This document shows, one piece after another, positions 46,710 to 55,879 of a DNA stretch of 64,000 nt. A program made the translations under genes and the position numbers. Each line of letters opens with the position of its first letter. The stretch's first letter is position 1. Under the pieces are notes generated by a model. That model did not search any database. It was not told where the DNA came from and was given only the letters and a program-made list of their open reading frames with translations. This stretch comes from Vicinamibacterales bacterium (GTDB lineage Bacteria; Acidobacteriota; Vicinamibacteria; Vicinamibacterales; JAMQPK01), in NCBI GenBank assembly GCA_963821395.1, contig CAWGDY010000034.1:61963-125962 (forward strand). Direction: 5' to 3'.

Positions 46710-48356
46710 GTGTGCTGGATCATCGTCTTCTGGAAACTCGGCGCACCCGCGCTGATGGATCCGGATGAGGCGCACTACGCGCAGCTCACGCGCGAGATGC
46801 TGCGCGCGGGCAACTGGATGATGCCGTTGCTCGACGGCCTGCCCTACATCGACAAGCCCGTCCTGTTTCACTGGCTGCAGGGGCTGGCGATTGCGGTGCT
46901 CGGGGAAACCGAAACGGCGATGCGTCTGCCGAGCGCGATCGCCGCGCTCGCGCTCTTCTGGATGACGCGGTGGACCGGCGCGCAGTTGTTCGACGATCGC
47001 ATCGGCGTGCGCGCCTGGCTCATGCTGGCCACCGTGCCGATGACGTTCATGCTCGCGAGCATCGGCGTCTTCGACATGGTGTTCACGGCGTGTCTGTTCG
47101 GGGCCGTGGCGTTCGCGCTCGTATCGGCGCTGCGCGACCGGCCGCGCCTTCAGTACGTCGCGTACGTGCTGCTGAGCCTCGCTGTGATGACCAAAGGCCC
47201 GGTTGCCCTCGTCCTGGCCGGCCTCTTTTTCCTCGTGGGGATGGCGTGCGGACCGGAGTCCCGCCGCGCGCTGCTGTCGCTGCGCTGGGTCACCGGGGCT
47301 GTCATCTCTGTGGCGCTGTCGCTGCCGTGGTTCGTGTGGATGTACCACACGCTCGGCTGGCACTTCGTGCACCAGTACGTGCTGGCCGGCAACCTGTACT
47401 ACATCACGCAGCCGGCGTCGTTTTCCAATCGTGCGTTCAACCATACGTTGTACGTGTCGACGTTCCTGGCCGGATTCTTCCCGTGGAGCGTTCTCGTCAT
47501 CGGCGGCGCGATTGATACGGTACGCCGCTGGCGCCGGAGCGTGCGGATTCCGCCGGAGGAACTTCTGCTCTGGGCGTGGGCGGCCACGGTGTTCATCTTC
47601 TTCAGCCTGGCGCGGTTCAAGGTCGATCGCTACGTCTATCCCGCGGCGCCCGCCTGCTGTCTCCTGGCCGCGCGGGCCTGGATAAGCGTCAGCGTGTCGC
47701 GGCCCGATATCGCCGCGGCCCGCGACAATGTATTCGCGCGGTGGTCCGTTGCCACGCTGGGTCTCGTGCTGGTCGTCTTTAGCGCGGTTGGCGCGTACAC
47801 GCTGTTCGACCTCGGGCTCGATCTTCCGGCCGCTGCCATCGTCATTCCGATCAGTCTCGCGGCGGGCGGGGCGGCGCTGGCCGTCGTGACCTTCAGGCAG
47901 CGTGTCGTGTCGCCCACGCTGTTTACGTCCCTGCTCGTGGCGCTGCTCGTGATTTATGCATGCGTTGCGGCCATCGGTCTGCCTGTTCTTGAAAGCACCC
48001 GTCCCACCGCGGCCGTGGCGGCCGGCCTCAGGCCGAAGCTTGCGGCCAACGAACGTGTCGGGCTGTATCGTCTCGAGAAATGGCGCTTCAGCCTGCGGTA
48101 TTACCTCGAGCATCCCGTCAGCCGGCTGCAGAATTCCGGCGAGGTGAAGGAGTTCCTCAGCAACAAGGGCGGCTACATCCTGATGCTGGACGAGGACTTC
48201 ACGCGACTCCGGAACGACGGTGTGAAGCTGCGCAGCGTGGACGAGCGGCGCGCCGTGACGGGCACGACCGGGAAGGGCCTGCGCCGGCAGAAGTGGGGCG
48301 CGCTGGTCGTGGCGACGTCGGACGACACCCCTCGCACGGAAGAAAAGCCCCGGTAA
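46710..48356 (+). CDS. GT39/ArnT-like (PMT_2) membrane glycosyltransferase
   Basis: LMDPDEAHYAQLTREML..DKPVLFHWLQ..ETAMRLPSA, then a multi-TM body. The start is uncertain: the frame is open upstream and the first TM may be missing. Confidence 0.8.
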   Translation: MCWIIVFWKLGAPALMDPDEAHYAQLTREMLRAGNWMMPLLDGLPYIDKPVLFHWLQGLAIAVLGETETAMRLPSAIAALALFWMTRWTGAQLFDDRIGVRAWLMLATVPMTFMLASIGVFDMVFTACLFGAVAFALVSALRDRPRLQYVAYVLLSLAVMTKGPVALVLAGLFFLVGMACGPESRRALLSLRWVTGAVISVALSLPWFVWMYHTLGWHFVHQYVLAGNLYYITQPASFSNRAFNHTLYVSTFLAGFFPWSVLVIGGAIDTVRRWRRSVRIPPEELLLWAWAATVFIFFSLARFKVDRYVYPAAPACCLLAARAWISVSVSRPDIAAARDNVFARWSVATLGLVLVVFSAVGAYTLFDLGLDLPAAAIVIPISLAAGGAALAVVTFRQRVVSPTLFTSLLVALLVIYACVAAIGLPVLESTRPTAAVAAGLRPKLAANERVGLYRLEKWRFSLRYYLEHPVSRLQNSGEVKEFLSNKGGYILMLDEDFTRLRNDGVKLRSVDERRAVTGTTGKGLRRQKWGALVVATSDDTPRTEEKPR

Positions 48357-48396
48357 CCCTCCGTTTCAGTCCGCCGTTTGGACGTACCATAAGAAC

Positions 48397-48795
48397 ATGA
48401 CCAAGCGAACACGGCTGGCACTCATCATCGGTTGCGCGTTCGCGATCGGCAGCATCGCCGTTGCCGCCGAGCGGGAGTGGGTGAAGGCTACGTTGCAGGA
48501 TTACACCGTCGAGCGGCCGAAGATGGTCTTCAGCGCCGAGCCGCGCGACCCCAACAGCCACGTGCCTCGCACGACCGTGGCGCGCGAAACGCGCACGTTC
48601 GTGATCGACACGAGCACGCATCGTCTCGAGCTTCGCCAGGACGCGACGGTCGACACCCCTCGCGTCAATGTGCTCATCGGTCAGCCCGTGCTCATCGCGA
48701 TTGAAAAGAAAACGGTCTACGTGAAGGACGACGATGGCCGGGAACACAAGCTGACCCTGCGGAAACAGACCGAGCTCACGAAGGTCAAGGAATAG
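48397..48795 (+). CDS. hypothetical secreted protein
   Basis: Signal MTKRTRLALIIGCAFAIGSIAVAA, then a K/E/T/V-rich beta-type sequence. The antisense ORF over it looks like a GC-shadow. Confidence 0.55.
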   Translation: MTKRTRLALIIGCAFAIGSIAVAAEREWVKATLQDYTVERPKMVFSAEPRDPNSHVPRTTVARETRTFVIDTSTHRLELRQDATVDTPRVNVLIGQPVLIAIEKKTVYVKDDDGREHKLTLRKQTELTKVKE

Positions 48796-48805
48796 AGCGC
48801 GCAGA

Positions 48806-48823
48806 GTCCGGCTGAAGCCGGAC
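48806..48823 (+). terminator. short GC hairpin after the stop of the secreted-protein gene (REP-A-like loop)
   Basis: gtccggc-tgaa-gccggac, 11 nt after TAG 48793-95; no U tract. The loop CTGAAG is the same as in copy 23654-82. Confidence 0.35.
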
Positions 48824-48840
48824 ACTGACGTACTGATCGA

Positions 48841-49545
48841 CGCGCCCCTCATGAACACCGAAAGCGGGCGCCGCTGCGTGCCCCCGGCGTCGAAATTGTC
48901 CGGCGCGAGCCAGGCTTCGAATGCGGCCCTGCGCGCCGGCCATTCAGCGTCGGTCATCGAAAACCACGTCGTGTCGCGGCTGCGCTGCTTGTACACGATG
49001 GCCTGCCGGAACAATCCTTCGAAGGTAAAACCCAATCGCAACGCCGCCTGGCGCGAGGGCGCGTTCAGGCTGTCGCATTTCCACTCGTAGCGGCGATAAC
49101 CGAGCTCGTCGAATGCCCGCCGCAGCATCAGGTACATCGCTTCGGTGGCCGCCGCCGTTCGCTGCAACTGCCGCGAGAAGTTCAGGTGCCCGATTTCGAT
49201 GACGCCGTTCGCGCGATCGATCCGCATGTAGGCGGCAAGCCCGATCGCCCTTCCACCCGGGTTGACGATGGTGAAGAAGAGCGGGTCCTGGCTCAGCGCG
49301 GTTTTGACGAGCCAGTGCTCGAAGCCCTCTCGATGTTCGAACGGTCCGTACGGCAGGTACGTCCAGCGACCGTCGTGGTGTTCCGGAGCGCCGAGGCAGT
49401 CGTACAGATCGCCTGCGTGTGTCGTCGGATCCAGGGGTTCAACGCGGCAGAATCGGCCCGGAATCGAGGTGCGCGGCGGATGGGGCCGGGGGATCCAACC
49501 GGGAAGAGCATCCCCGATCGGCTGGCCGAAATCGTTCGTCGGCAT
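48841..49545 (-). CDS. GNAT (RimJ/RimL-like) N-acetyltransferase; homology ends ~48841 but no in-frame stop until 48199
   Basis: ..GVIEIGHLNFSRQLQRTAAATEAMYLMLRRAFDELGYRRYEWKCDSLNAPSRQAALRLGFTFEGLFRQ.. The ORF then reads through a hairpin and the antisense of two plus-strand genes. Confidence 0.7.
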
Positions 49546-49855
49546 CGACCAAGGCTAGCATTTCCTTCGACAGGACGATCACGTGCACCGCCGGCCGCCC
49601 TGCGTCCGGCAGGGCCACCGGCAGACCGTTCGCCTCGTACGGAAGCGCAGCCGCCGGTGGCCGGGAATCGAGCGCGTTATATCGGTGAAGCACCATCACG
49701 CCCAGCGCGACGGTTGCGATGGCGCCGACCAGTTGCGCCACGATGCGGCCGGTGAACGAAATCCAGGCCGAGCGCACCTTGTCCTTCTTTTCCTTCTTCT
49801 TCATCCCGTTGTCTTTGATCCCGTTGTCTGCGTTTGGCGTCTGTGTGTCTTCCAT
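49439..49855 (-). CDS. hypothetical single-pass membrane protein (3' end uncertain)
   Basis: MEDTQTPNADNGIKDNGMKKKEKKDKVRSAWISFTGRIVAQLVGAIATVALGVMVL..; overlaps the GNAT start by ~100 nt. Confidence 0.3.
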   Translation of the reverse strand: MEDTQTPNADNGIKDNGMKKKEKKDKVRSAWISFTGRIVAQLVGAIATVALGVMVLHRYNALDSRPPAAALPYEANGLPVALPDAGRPAVHVIVLSKEMLALVDADERFRPADRGCSSRLDPPAPSAAHLDSGPILPR

Positions 49856-49916
49856 GGTTGAGTAAACGCAGTTCACCGTGTAGTTCGAACACTGACACTC
49901 CGTCGTTAATGCTTAT

Positions 49917-51077
49917 GTGCGAGCGATGTTCCTCCTGGCGGTCGTCCTGGCCTCGGCGGCGCCCGCGGCCGCCCAATATCCTTCTGTAAAGGCCGGAGAC
50001 TGGCTGCGCGTGGATTTCCGCGCGAGGTTCCAGGGAGACGTGCGGCGGTCGGAAGCGTTGATCGCGGAGGACGACTCTACCCTCGACATCGCGCGGCGCC
50101 GCGTGGGCATCGAAGGGCGCCTGGGCCGGGCGCTCGACTACCAGGTGGAGTACGAGCTCGGCCTGAACGAGTGGCGCGACGTGTACATCGACTACCGCCA
50201 GCTCAAGGCGCTCCAGCTGAAAGCGGGCATCTTCAAGGTGCCCTTCGGCCTCGAGGAAAACACCAGCTCGACGAAGCTCGACTTCGTCTATCGCGCGCGC
50301 ATCAGCTCGCGGCTGGCGCCCGGACGCGATCGTGGCGTCAGCGTCCATGGCCGCGTGCTCAAGAACATCGTGACCTACGAAACGGGCATCTTCCGCCACG
50401 ACGGCGACAACGCGCAGCCGTCGGCGAGCGCACGCGTGTTCGGCGGACCGACCATCGCGCTGCGCGTCACGGCGGAACCATTTCGAGATCCCACGTCGAA
50501 GTTCAAGAGCCTGCAGGTCGGTGGCGCGGTCGCGTTCGCGAACCTGCCACTGGGATTTCCCGCCGTCCGCGCCCGCACGGTGTTCGGTGCGTCCTTCTAC
50601 AACTCGGATGTCTGGGTGCAGGGACGAAGACAGCGGACCGGGCTGGAAGCGCGATGGCGCCCGGGGCGGTGGTCGTTGCAATCCGAGTACATCAGGGTCA
50701 GCGACGAGCGGCGCGGCCAGAGCGTCGAGAACGGCGATTTGTCGCCGCTCGTGGCCCAGGGCTGGTATCTGAGCGCGACCCGCGCGTTGACGGGAAAACG
50801 CAGCCGCTTCGGCGTCGTTGAAGTGGCGTCGCGCTACGAGACGTTGCGCTTCGGCAGCAACGGCCTTGCCGGCGAACCGTCAACCAGCGCGCGCGCCGAC
50901 GTGGTTGCCGGCAACACCGATCGCGCCGTCACGCTCGGCGTCAACTGGCAGCTCAACAAATGGATCAAGGTTCAGGCGAACCTCGTCCGTGAGGACATCG
51001 AGCGTCCGTCGATTGGGCCCTCACCGGATCGGGCCGCGTTCTGGAGCCGCGTCTTCAGACTTCAGCTCACGATGTGA
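49917..51077 (+). CDS. phosphate-selective porin O/P family protein
   Basis: Signal LAVVLASAAPAAA/QY; GIFKVPFGLEENTSSTKLDFVYRA; C-terminal ..RVFRLQLTM. Confidence 0.75.
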   Translation: MRAMFLLAVVLASAAPAAAQYPSVKAGDWLRVDFRARFQGDVRRSEALIAEDDSTLDIARRRVGIEGRLGRALDYQVEYELGLNEWRDVYIDYRQLKALQLKAGIFKVPFGLEENTSSTKLDFVYRARISSRLAPGRDRGVSVHGRVLKNIVTYETGIFRHDGDNAQPSASARVFGGPTIALRVTAEPFRDPTSKFKSLQVGGAVAFANLPLGFPAVRARTVFGASFYNSDVWVQGRRQRTGLEARWRPGRWSLQSEYIRVSDERRGQSVENGDLSPLVAQGWYLSATRALTGKRSRFGVVEVASRYETLRFGSNGLAGEPSTSARADVVAGNTDRAVTLGVNWQLNKWIKVQANLVREDIERPSIGPSPDRAAFWSRVFRLQLTM

Positions 51078-51080
51078 CCT

Positions 51081-52265
51081 ATGCGCATGATTCTGCCGCT
51101 CATCGCGACTCTGTTGCTCGTCGGTGCGTCCCTCGCGGACGCGCAGACTCCGGACGACCTGTTCGACAGCCGGACGCTGCAGGAAGTGCGTCTGTACATC
51201 CACTCGAGCGATCTCGCGCAGCTTCGCGAGCGTTACCTCGAGGACACCTACTACCCGGCGGATTTCGAGTGGCGCGGCATCCGCGCGCGCAATATCGGCG
51301 TGCGCGTGCGCGGGCTCGCCACCCGCAGCCCGATCAAGCCTGGCCTCAGAATCGATTTCGACCGCTACGTCACCCAGCAGACCTTTCTCGGCATGAGCGC
51401 CCTGGTGCTCGACAACGGGTTGAAGGATCCGTCGATGATTCGCGAGCGCACGAGCATGGCGTTCATCAAGCGAATGGGGCAGCCGGCGCCGCGCGAATCG
51501 TTCGCCCGTGTGTTCATCAACGGCTCCTACGAAGGCGTGTACGCGCTGGTCGAGGTGATCGGCCCCGCGTTTCTGGCGCAGGCCTTTGGCGACGGGCTGG
51601 GATATCTCTTCGAGCACAAGTTCCAGAACGGATTCTACGGCGAGGATCTCGGCGACGACTACGAGCCCTACAAGCTGCGCTTCGCCGCCGCGACGCACCG
51701 CCTCGAGGGGGACTACACGCTGTATGCGCCCATCCGCGAGCTCTTTCGCGAGGTGAATCAGCCGGTGGACGGTGTCTGGCGCGAGCGCGTGGGGTGGTTC
51801 ATCGATCTCAACCAGCTCGTCACGTATGTCGCGATCGAAACGTTTCTCGCCGAGTTCGACGGGTTCCTGGGGGGATCGGGCATGGCGAACTTCTACCTCT
51901 ACCGTCCGGTGGCGACCAACGTGCACCGGTTGATCGCGTGGGACCGGGACACGACCTTCCAGGAGATCGAAGCGCCGATCTTCGCGCGCGTCGACGAGAA
52001 CGCGCTCTTCCAGCGCGCGTTGATGTTCCCGGACCTCCGGCGGCTGTTTCTCGACGTGCTCGACCAATGTGCGCGCGCGGCGGCGCAGGATCGCTGGCTC
52101 GAAGCGGAAATCTGGTGGACGCACCAGCTCATTCGCGACGCGGTCGGCCAGGACACGACTCGGACGTTTTCCAACGAGGAGTACGAAGGCGCTATCGGCC
52201 ACCTGCTCGCGTTCGCACAGCAGCGCCCGGGGTTCGTGGCGGGCGAGGTCGCGAAAGCGCGATGA
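51081..52265 (+). CDS. secreted CotH kinase-family protein
   Basis: Signal LLLVGASLADA/QT; ..LRIDFD..LVLDNGLKDPSMIRERTSMAFIKRMGQPAPRESFARVFINGSYEGVYALVEVI. Confidence 0.8.
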   Translation: MRMILPLIATLLLVGASLADAQTPDDLFDSRTLQEVRLYIHSSDLAQLRERYLEDTYYPADFEWRGIRARNIGVRVRGLATRSPIKPGLRIDFDRYVTQQTFLGMSALVLDNGLKDPSMIRERTSMAFIKRMGQPAPRESFARVFINGSYEGVYALVEVIGPAFLAQAFGDGLGYLFEHKFQNGFYGEDLGDDYEPYKLRFAAATHRLEGDYTLYAPIRELFREVNQPVDGVWRERVGWFIDLNQLVTYVAIETFLAEFDGFLGGSGMANFYLYRPVATNVHRLIAWDRDTTFQEIEAPIFARVDENALFQRALMFPDLRRLFLDVLDQCARAAAQDRWLEAEIWWTHQLIRDAVGQDTTRTFSNEEYEGAIGHLLAFAQQRPGFVAGEVAKAR

Positions 52266-53146
52266 GGCGGTATCTCGCCGCTTTGACGATCGGCATCGCC
52301 GCCTGCGGCGCCGAGATTACGTCACCCTCCGCGCCCGACATCGACGACGTCGCCGTGCTCGTCGGCGCCGGAGACATCGCGGTATGCGGTGCAGGTGGGT
52401 CGATGGAAACCGGACGTCTCCTCGATTCACAGCCGGGCACGGTCTTCGTTGCGGGTGACATCGCCTACACGGAGGGAACGGCCGAGCAGTTTCGCGCCTG
52501 TTACGATCCGGTCTGGGGGCGGCACAAGGCCCGGACGCGTCCGGCGCCTGGCAACCACGAGTACGGCTCGGCCGGCGCGGCGCCCTACTTTGCGTACTTC
52601 GGGTCGAACGCAGGTCCGAACGGCCTGGGCTATTACCGCTATCACAAAGGCTCGTGGCTCGTCTTTTCCCTCAACAGCAATACCGAGGGCGCCGAACGGA
52701 TGACGCAGCTCGAGTGGTTGAAGCGCGAGCTGGCGACCCAGACATCGGACTGCACGGTCGCCTACTTTCACCATCCGCTCTTCAGCTCTGGTCCGCATGG
52801 GACCGTCCCTCCGATGCCCGTTGTCTCTGATTTCTGGCGCGAGCTCTATGCGGCGGGCGCGGACGTCGTGATCACGGGCCACGAGCATTTCTACGAACGC
52901 TTCGCGCCGCAGAACCCGGACGGTGCGCCCGATCCGCGATTCGGGCTCCGGCAGTTCATCGTCGGCACGGGCGGCGCACCGATGACGCAGCCGGTCCGCC
53001 GAGTGGCGAACAGCGAGACCATCGTGCTGACGTTTGGTCTGCTTCGACTGACGCTCGAAGCCCAGTCGTACAGATGGGACTTTCTGTCTGTGGATGGCGG
53101 GGCAATCAGGGATTCAGGGACGGGCAACTGTCACGGGAAGCCTTAG
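52262..53146 (+). CDS. lipoprotein metallophosphoesterase (calcineurin-like)
   Basis: Lipobox GIAAC; GDIAY, PGNHEY, GHEHFYER metallophosphatase motifs. The ATG overlaps the CotH stop (ATGA). Only the last third of ORF 51074..53146 is real. Confidence 0.85.
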   Translation: MRRYLAALTIGIAACGAEITSPSAPDIDDVAVLVGAGDIAVCGAGGSMETGRLLDSQPGTVFVAGDIAYTEGTAEQFRACYDPVWGRHKARTRPAPGNHEYGSAGAAPYFAYFGSNAGPNGLGYYRYHKGSWLVFSLNSNTEGAERMTQLEWLKRELATQTSDCTVAYFHHPLFSSGPHGTVPPMPVVSDFWRELYAAGADVVITGHEHFYERFAPQNPDGAPDPRFGLRQFIVGTGGAPMTQPVRRVANSETIVLTFGLLRLTLEAQSYRWDFLSVDGGAIRDSGTGNCHGKP

Positions 53147-53149
53147 TCA

Positions 53150-53240
53150 CGAATACGAAAACAGGAGGTTAGGAGATTTGGAGAAAGACTTTCTTCGAAA
53201 AAAATTCTCCTAGCCCTCCTAGTCTCTTATTCTCCTGTTA
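53150..53240. repeat. AT-rich periodic-arm hairpin between convergent genes (AGGAG/CTCCT family)
   Basis: aaaacaggaggttaggagatttggagaaag faces aaattctcctagccctcctagtctcttattctcctgtt; shares attctcctag with 5199-5290. Confidence 0.65.
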
Positions 53241-53251
53241 ACGGACACGCG

Positions 53252-54013
53252 TCAGTTCCAGCCGGCGCGACGGGGCTGCCAGTGTTGCGACGTGTGCGCC
53301 GCCACCTTGTCTCGCCGCTCGAACAGTTTGATCAAGACGACGCCAGCGACGAAACCACCGATGTGGGCCCAGAAGGCGACGCCGCCGCCCTCCTCGCTCA
53401 ACGTGCTGCCGAAGCCCCCAAGTACCTGCAGGACCGTCCAGTAAATCAGCATGACCCACGCCGGAAGCGGCACGGTCGTGGCGTAGAAGCCCAACGGGAT
53501 GAGCGTGAACACCCGCACGCGCGGAAAGAGGACCAGGTAGGCGCCCATGACGCCACTGATGGCGCCCGATGCCCCGACCATGGGCACGGCTGATTGCGGA
53601 TCCGCATAGACCTGAGCGAGCGCCGCCCCGACGCCGCAGAGCAGGTAGAAGATCAGGAACCGCGGCCTCGTGGTCGAGTCTTCGATGTTGTTGCCGAAAA
53701 GCCAGAGGAACCACATGTTACCCAGCAGATGCATCCATGAGCCGTGGAGGAACATGGATGTGAAGACGTGAAGCGGCTCGCGGCCGGGATCGGTGACGCA
53801 CACGAGGCCGTTGCCCATGGGAAATTCGACGCCAGGCGGTAGAGAGGCGGTGAGCTCGGCCGGCACCAGACCAAGATTGCAGACCGACGCCGCTACCGTT
53901 TGCTCTGCACCCGCACCTTGAATGCCAATCCATACCAGCACGTTGAGGCCGATGAGCGCCATCGTGACGACCGGCGTTCGCTGCGTTTCGTTTTCGTCGT
54001 GATAGGGAAACAT
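53252..54013 (-). CDS. rhomboid-family intramembrane serine protease
   Basis: HGSWMHLLGNMWFLWLFG, GASGAISGVMGAY, and a later H (AHIGGF). Confidence 0.85.
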   Translation of the reverse strand: MFPYHDENETQRTPVVTMALIGLNVLVWIGIQGAGAEQTVAASVCNLGLVPAELTASLPPGVEFPMGNGLVCVTDPGREPLHVFTSMFLHGSWMHLLGNMWFLWLFGNNIEDSTTRPRFLIFYLLCGVGAALAQVYADPQSAVPMVGASGAISGVMGAYLVLFPRVRVFTLIPLGFYATTVPLPAWVMLIYWTVLQVLGGFGSTLSEEGGGVAFWAHIGGFVAGVVLIKLFERRDKVAAHTSQHWQPRRAGWN

Positions 54014-54019
54014 GATCCC

Positions 54020-54865
54020 TCAGGTCAGCCAGCCGCGCATCGTCTCGGCCAGTTCCGGCGAAGCCGCCAGAATGGTCACCTCGTTCGGCGACAGGGCAGT
54101 ATAGGGCTTGCCGCTCACATGCACGGCGGCGCCGCCCGCCTCGACGATGGCCAGTGCACCTGGCGCGTGATCCCACGGGTGCAGCCGGTAGTAGATGACG
54201 AACTCCTTCTCGCCTCGAAGAATCGCCGAGTACTCCGTGGCCGCCGCCCCCGTCGACAGGCGCGGCTCGTATTTTCCCTTCAGCTTGCGTTCGACCTCTC
54301 TGGCGCCGTCGGCGGGCATCATCCTCGTGTGAACGCTGCCCCGGGGGACGTCGGTCCTCTCGTACATCGTTCGCACGCTGGCGCCGTCGATGCGCGTGCC
54401 CTTGCCTCGTTCGGCGATGACGAGGTAGCCGGATGGGTGCGCTGCCGGGACGGCGATCCACGATGCGCGAGTCGTCCCGCGCTCAACCAGCGCCAGCATC
54501 ACACCGAAGTCGGCGCTGCCGCGCGCGAAATTCTTCGTGCCGTCGATCGGATCGATCAGCCACGCCGGGGATTCCGCAGACAGCGCCGACAGCAGTTCGG
54601 GGTTCTCCGCGACGGCTTCTTCGCCGACAAAGACCGCGCCGGGCACGAGGCCGCTCAACTGCTCGACGAGCGCACGCTCGGCCGCCTTGTCGACAATCGT
54701 GACGAGATCATCAGGATCTCCGGGAGTGTCTTTGGAGTAGATGTCTTCAGGCCGCAGGGCCCGAAAGGACGGCATGACAACGGACGAGACGACGTTCTGG
54801 ATAATGGCGGCGACGCGATCCAGGCTCAATCCATATAGTTTATCAAGACGTCTCCAGCGATACAT
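54020..54865 (-). CDS. inositol monophosphatase family protein
   Basis: VGEE, WLIDPIDGTKNF, and a later WD..AG motif. Confidence 0.85.
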   Translation of the reverse strand: MYRWRRLDKLYGLSLDRVAAIIQNVVSSVVMPSFRALRPEDIYSKDTPGDPDDLVTIVDKAAERALVEQLSGLVPGAVFVGEEAVAENPELLSALSAESPAWLIDPIDGTKNFARGSADFGVMLALVERGTTRASWIAVPAAHPSGYLVIAERGKGTRIDGASVRTMYERTDVPRGSVHTRMMPADGAREVERKLKGKYEPRLSTGAAATEYSAILRGEKEFVIYYRLHPWDHAPGALAIVEAGGAAVHVSGKPYTALSPNEVTILAASPELAETMRGWLT

Positions 54866-54917
54866 GGACTACAATCCACGCCGCATCGGCAAATCAAACA
54901 ACGCCATAGGAGGTCTC

Positions 54918-55388
54918 GTGCGACTGATTGTTCTATTGGTGGCGCTCTGCGCCACGCCGGCGTTCGCGCAGTCCAAGTCCGAGGTGATCTACTGGCCCGC
55001 GGCCAAGCTCAGCGGGTATTCGCCCACGCTGAAGGACCAGCAGACCGCCAAGAAGACGACGAGCGCGTCGCAGATCCTGTCGGACCTGGGGAACCACAAG
55101 TTCGAGATTCTTCGCCGCGATGGCAGCGGCGCGGGCGAACAGCACAACAACTGGACGGATATCTTCATCGTCCAGGGCGGGGAAGGCACCATCCTGTACG
55201 GCGGCAGCATCCCGGATGCGAAAGACACCGGCAACGGCGAGATCCGCGGGCCGAAGCACGTGGGAGGGACGTCTCAGAAGGTGACGGCCGGCGACGTGCT
55301 CGTCATGCCGCCCGGCGTGCCGCACCAGACGATCGTCGAACCGGGCAAGAATTTTTTTGTGCTGATCGTCAAGGTCGAAAAGAAGTAG
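54918..55388 (+). CDS. secreted cupin-domain protein
   Basis: AGGAGG then GTG at 54918; signal VRLIVLLVALCATPAFA/QS; DIFIVQGGEGTILYGG..GDVLVMPPGVPHQ. Confidence 0.6.
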   Translation: MRLIVLLVALCATPAFAQSKSEVIYWPAAKLSGYSPTLKDQQTAKKTTSASQILSDLGNHKFEILRRDGSGAGEQHNNWTDIFIVQGGEGTILYGGSIPDAKDTGNGEIRGPKHVGGTSQKVTAGDVLVMPPGVPHQTIVEPGKNFFVLIVKVEKK

Positions 55389-55391
55389 TCG

Positions 55392-55859
55392 CTACCACAA
55401 CGAGCGCGGCCCGGTGGCTTGTTCCAGCTCGAGCAGGAACCGCTTGCGTTCGAGTCCGCCACCGTAGCCCACGAGCGTGCCATTGCTGCCGATGACGCGG
55501 TGGCACGGCACGATGATGCTGATCGGGTTGCGGCCGTTGGCTGCGCCCACGGCCCGCATCGCCGATCGCTTGCCGATCGCATCCGCGAGCTGACTGTAGC
55601 TGCGGGTCTCGCCGTAGGGGATGGTCTGGAGCTCGCTCCACACACGCTGCTGAAACGTCGTGCCCACAGGCGCGATCGGAACGGTGAAGACCGTCCGCTT
55701 TCGTGCGAAGTATTCCTCCAACTCGTGGACGACGTCTTCGAACCCTGCGCTGGCCTGTGCCCCGAGCTGCTCTGTTCGCAGATCGGGATGGCCCATATAC
55801 AGGCCGCTGAGCACGCCGTCATTCTTCACGAGCGTCAGCGTTCCAATCGGCGATTCCAT
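55392..55859 (-). CDS. ogt: methylated-DNA--protein-cysteine methyltransferase
   Basis: IPYGETRSYSQLA..AVGAANGRNPISIIVPCHRVIGSNG (PCHRV active site). ATG at 55859 inside ORF 55392..56954. Confidence 0.9.
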   Translation of the reverse strand: MESPIGTLTLVKNDGVLSGLYMGHPDLRTEQLGAQASAGFEDVVHELEEYFARKRTVFTVPIAPVGTTFQQRVWSELQTIPYGETRSYSQLADAIGKRSAMRAVGAANGRNPISIIVPCHRVIGSNGTLVGYGGGLERKRFLLELEQATGPRSLW

Positions 55860-55879
55860 CAGGAAGTGACCTGGCACGA

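Noticed and set aside
51074-53146. 690-aa ORF taken at face value.
   Set aside because: Only the last 294 codons (from ATG 52262, lipobox, phosphoesterase motifs) look real. The upstream part is out of frame with the CotH gene.
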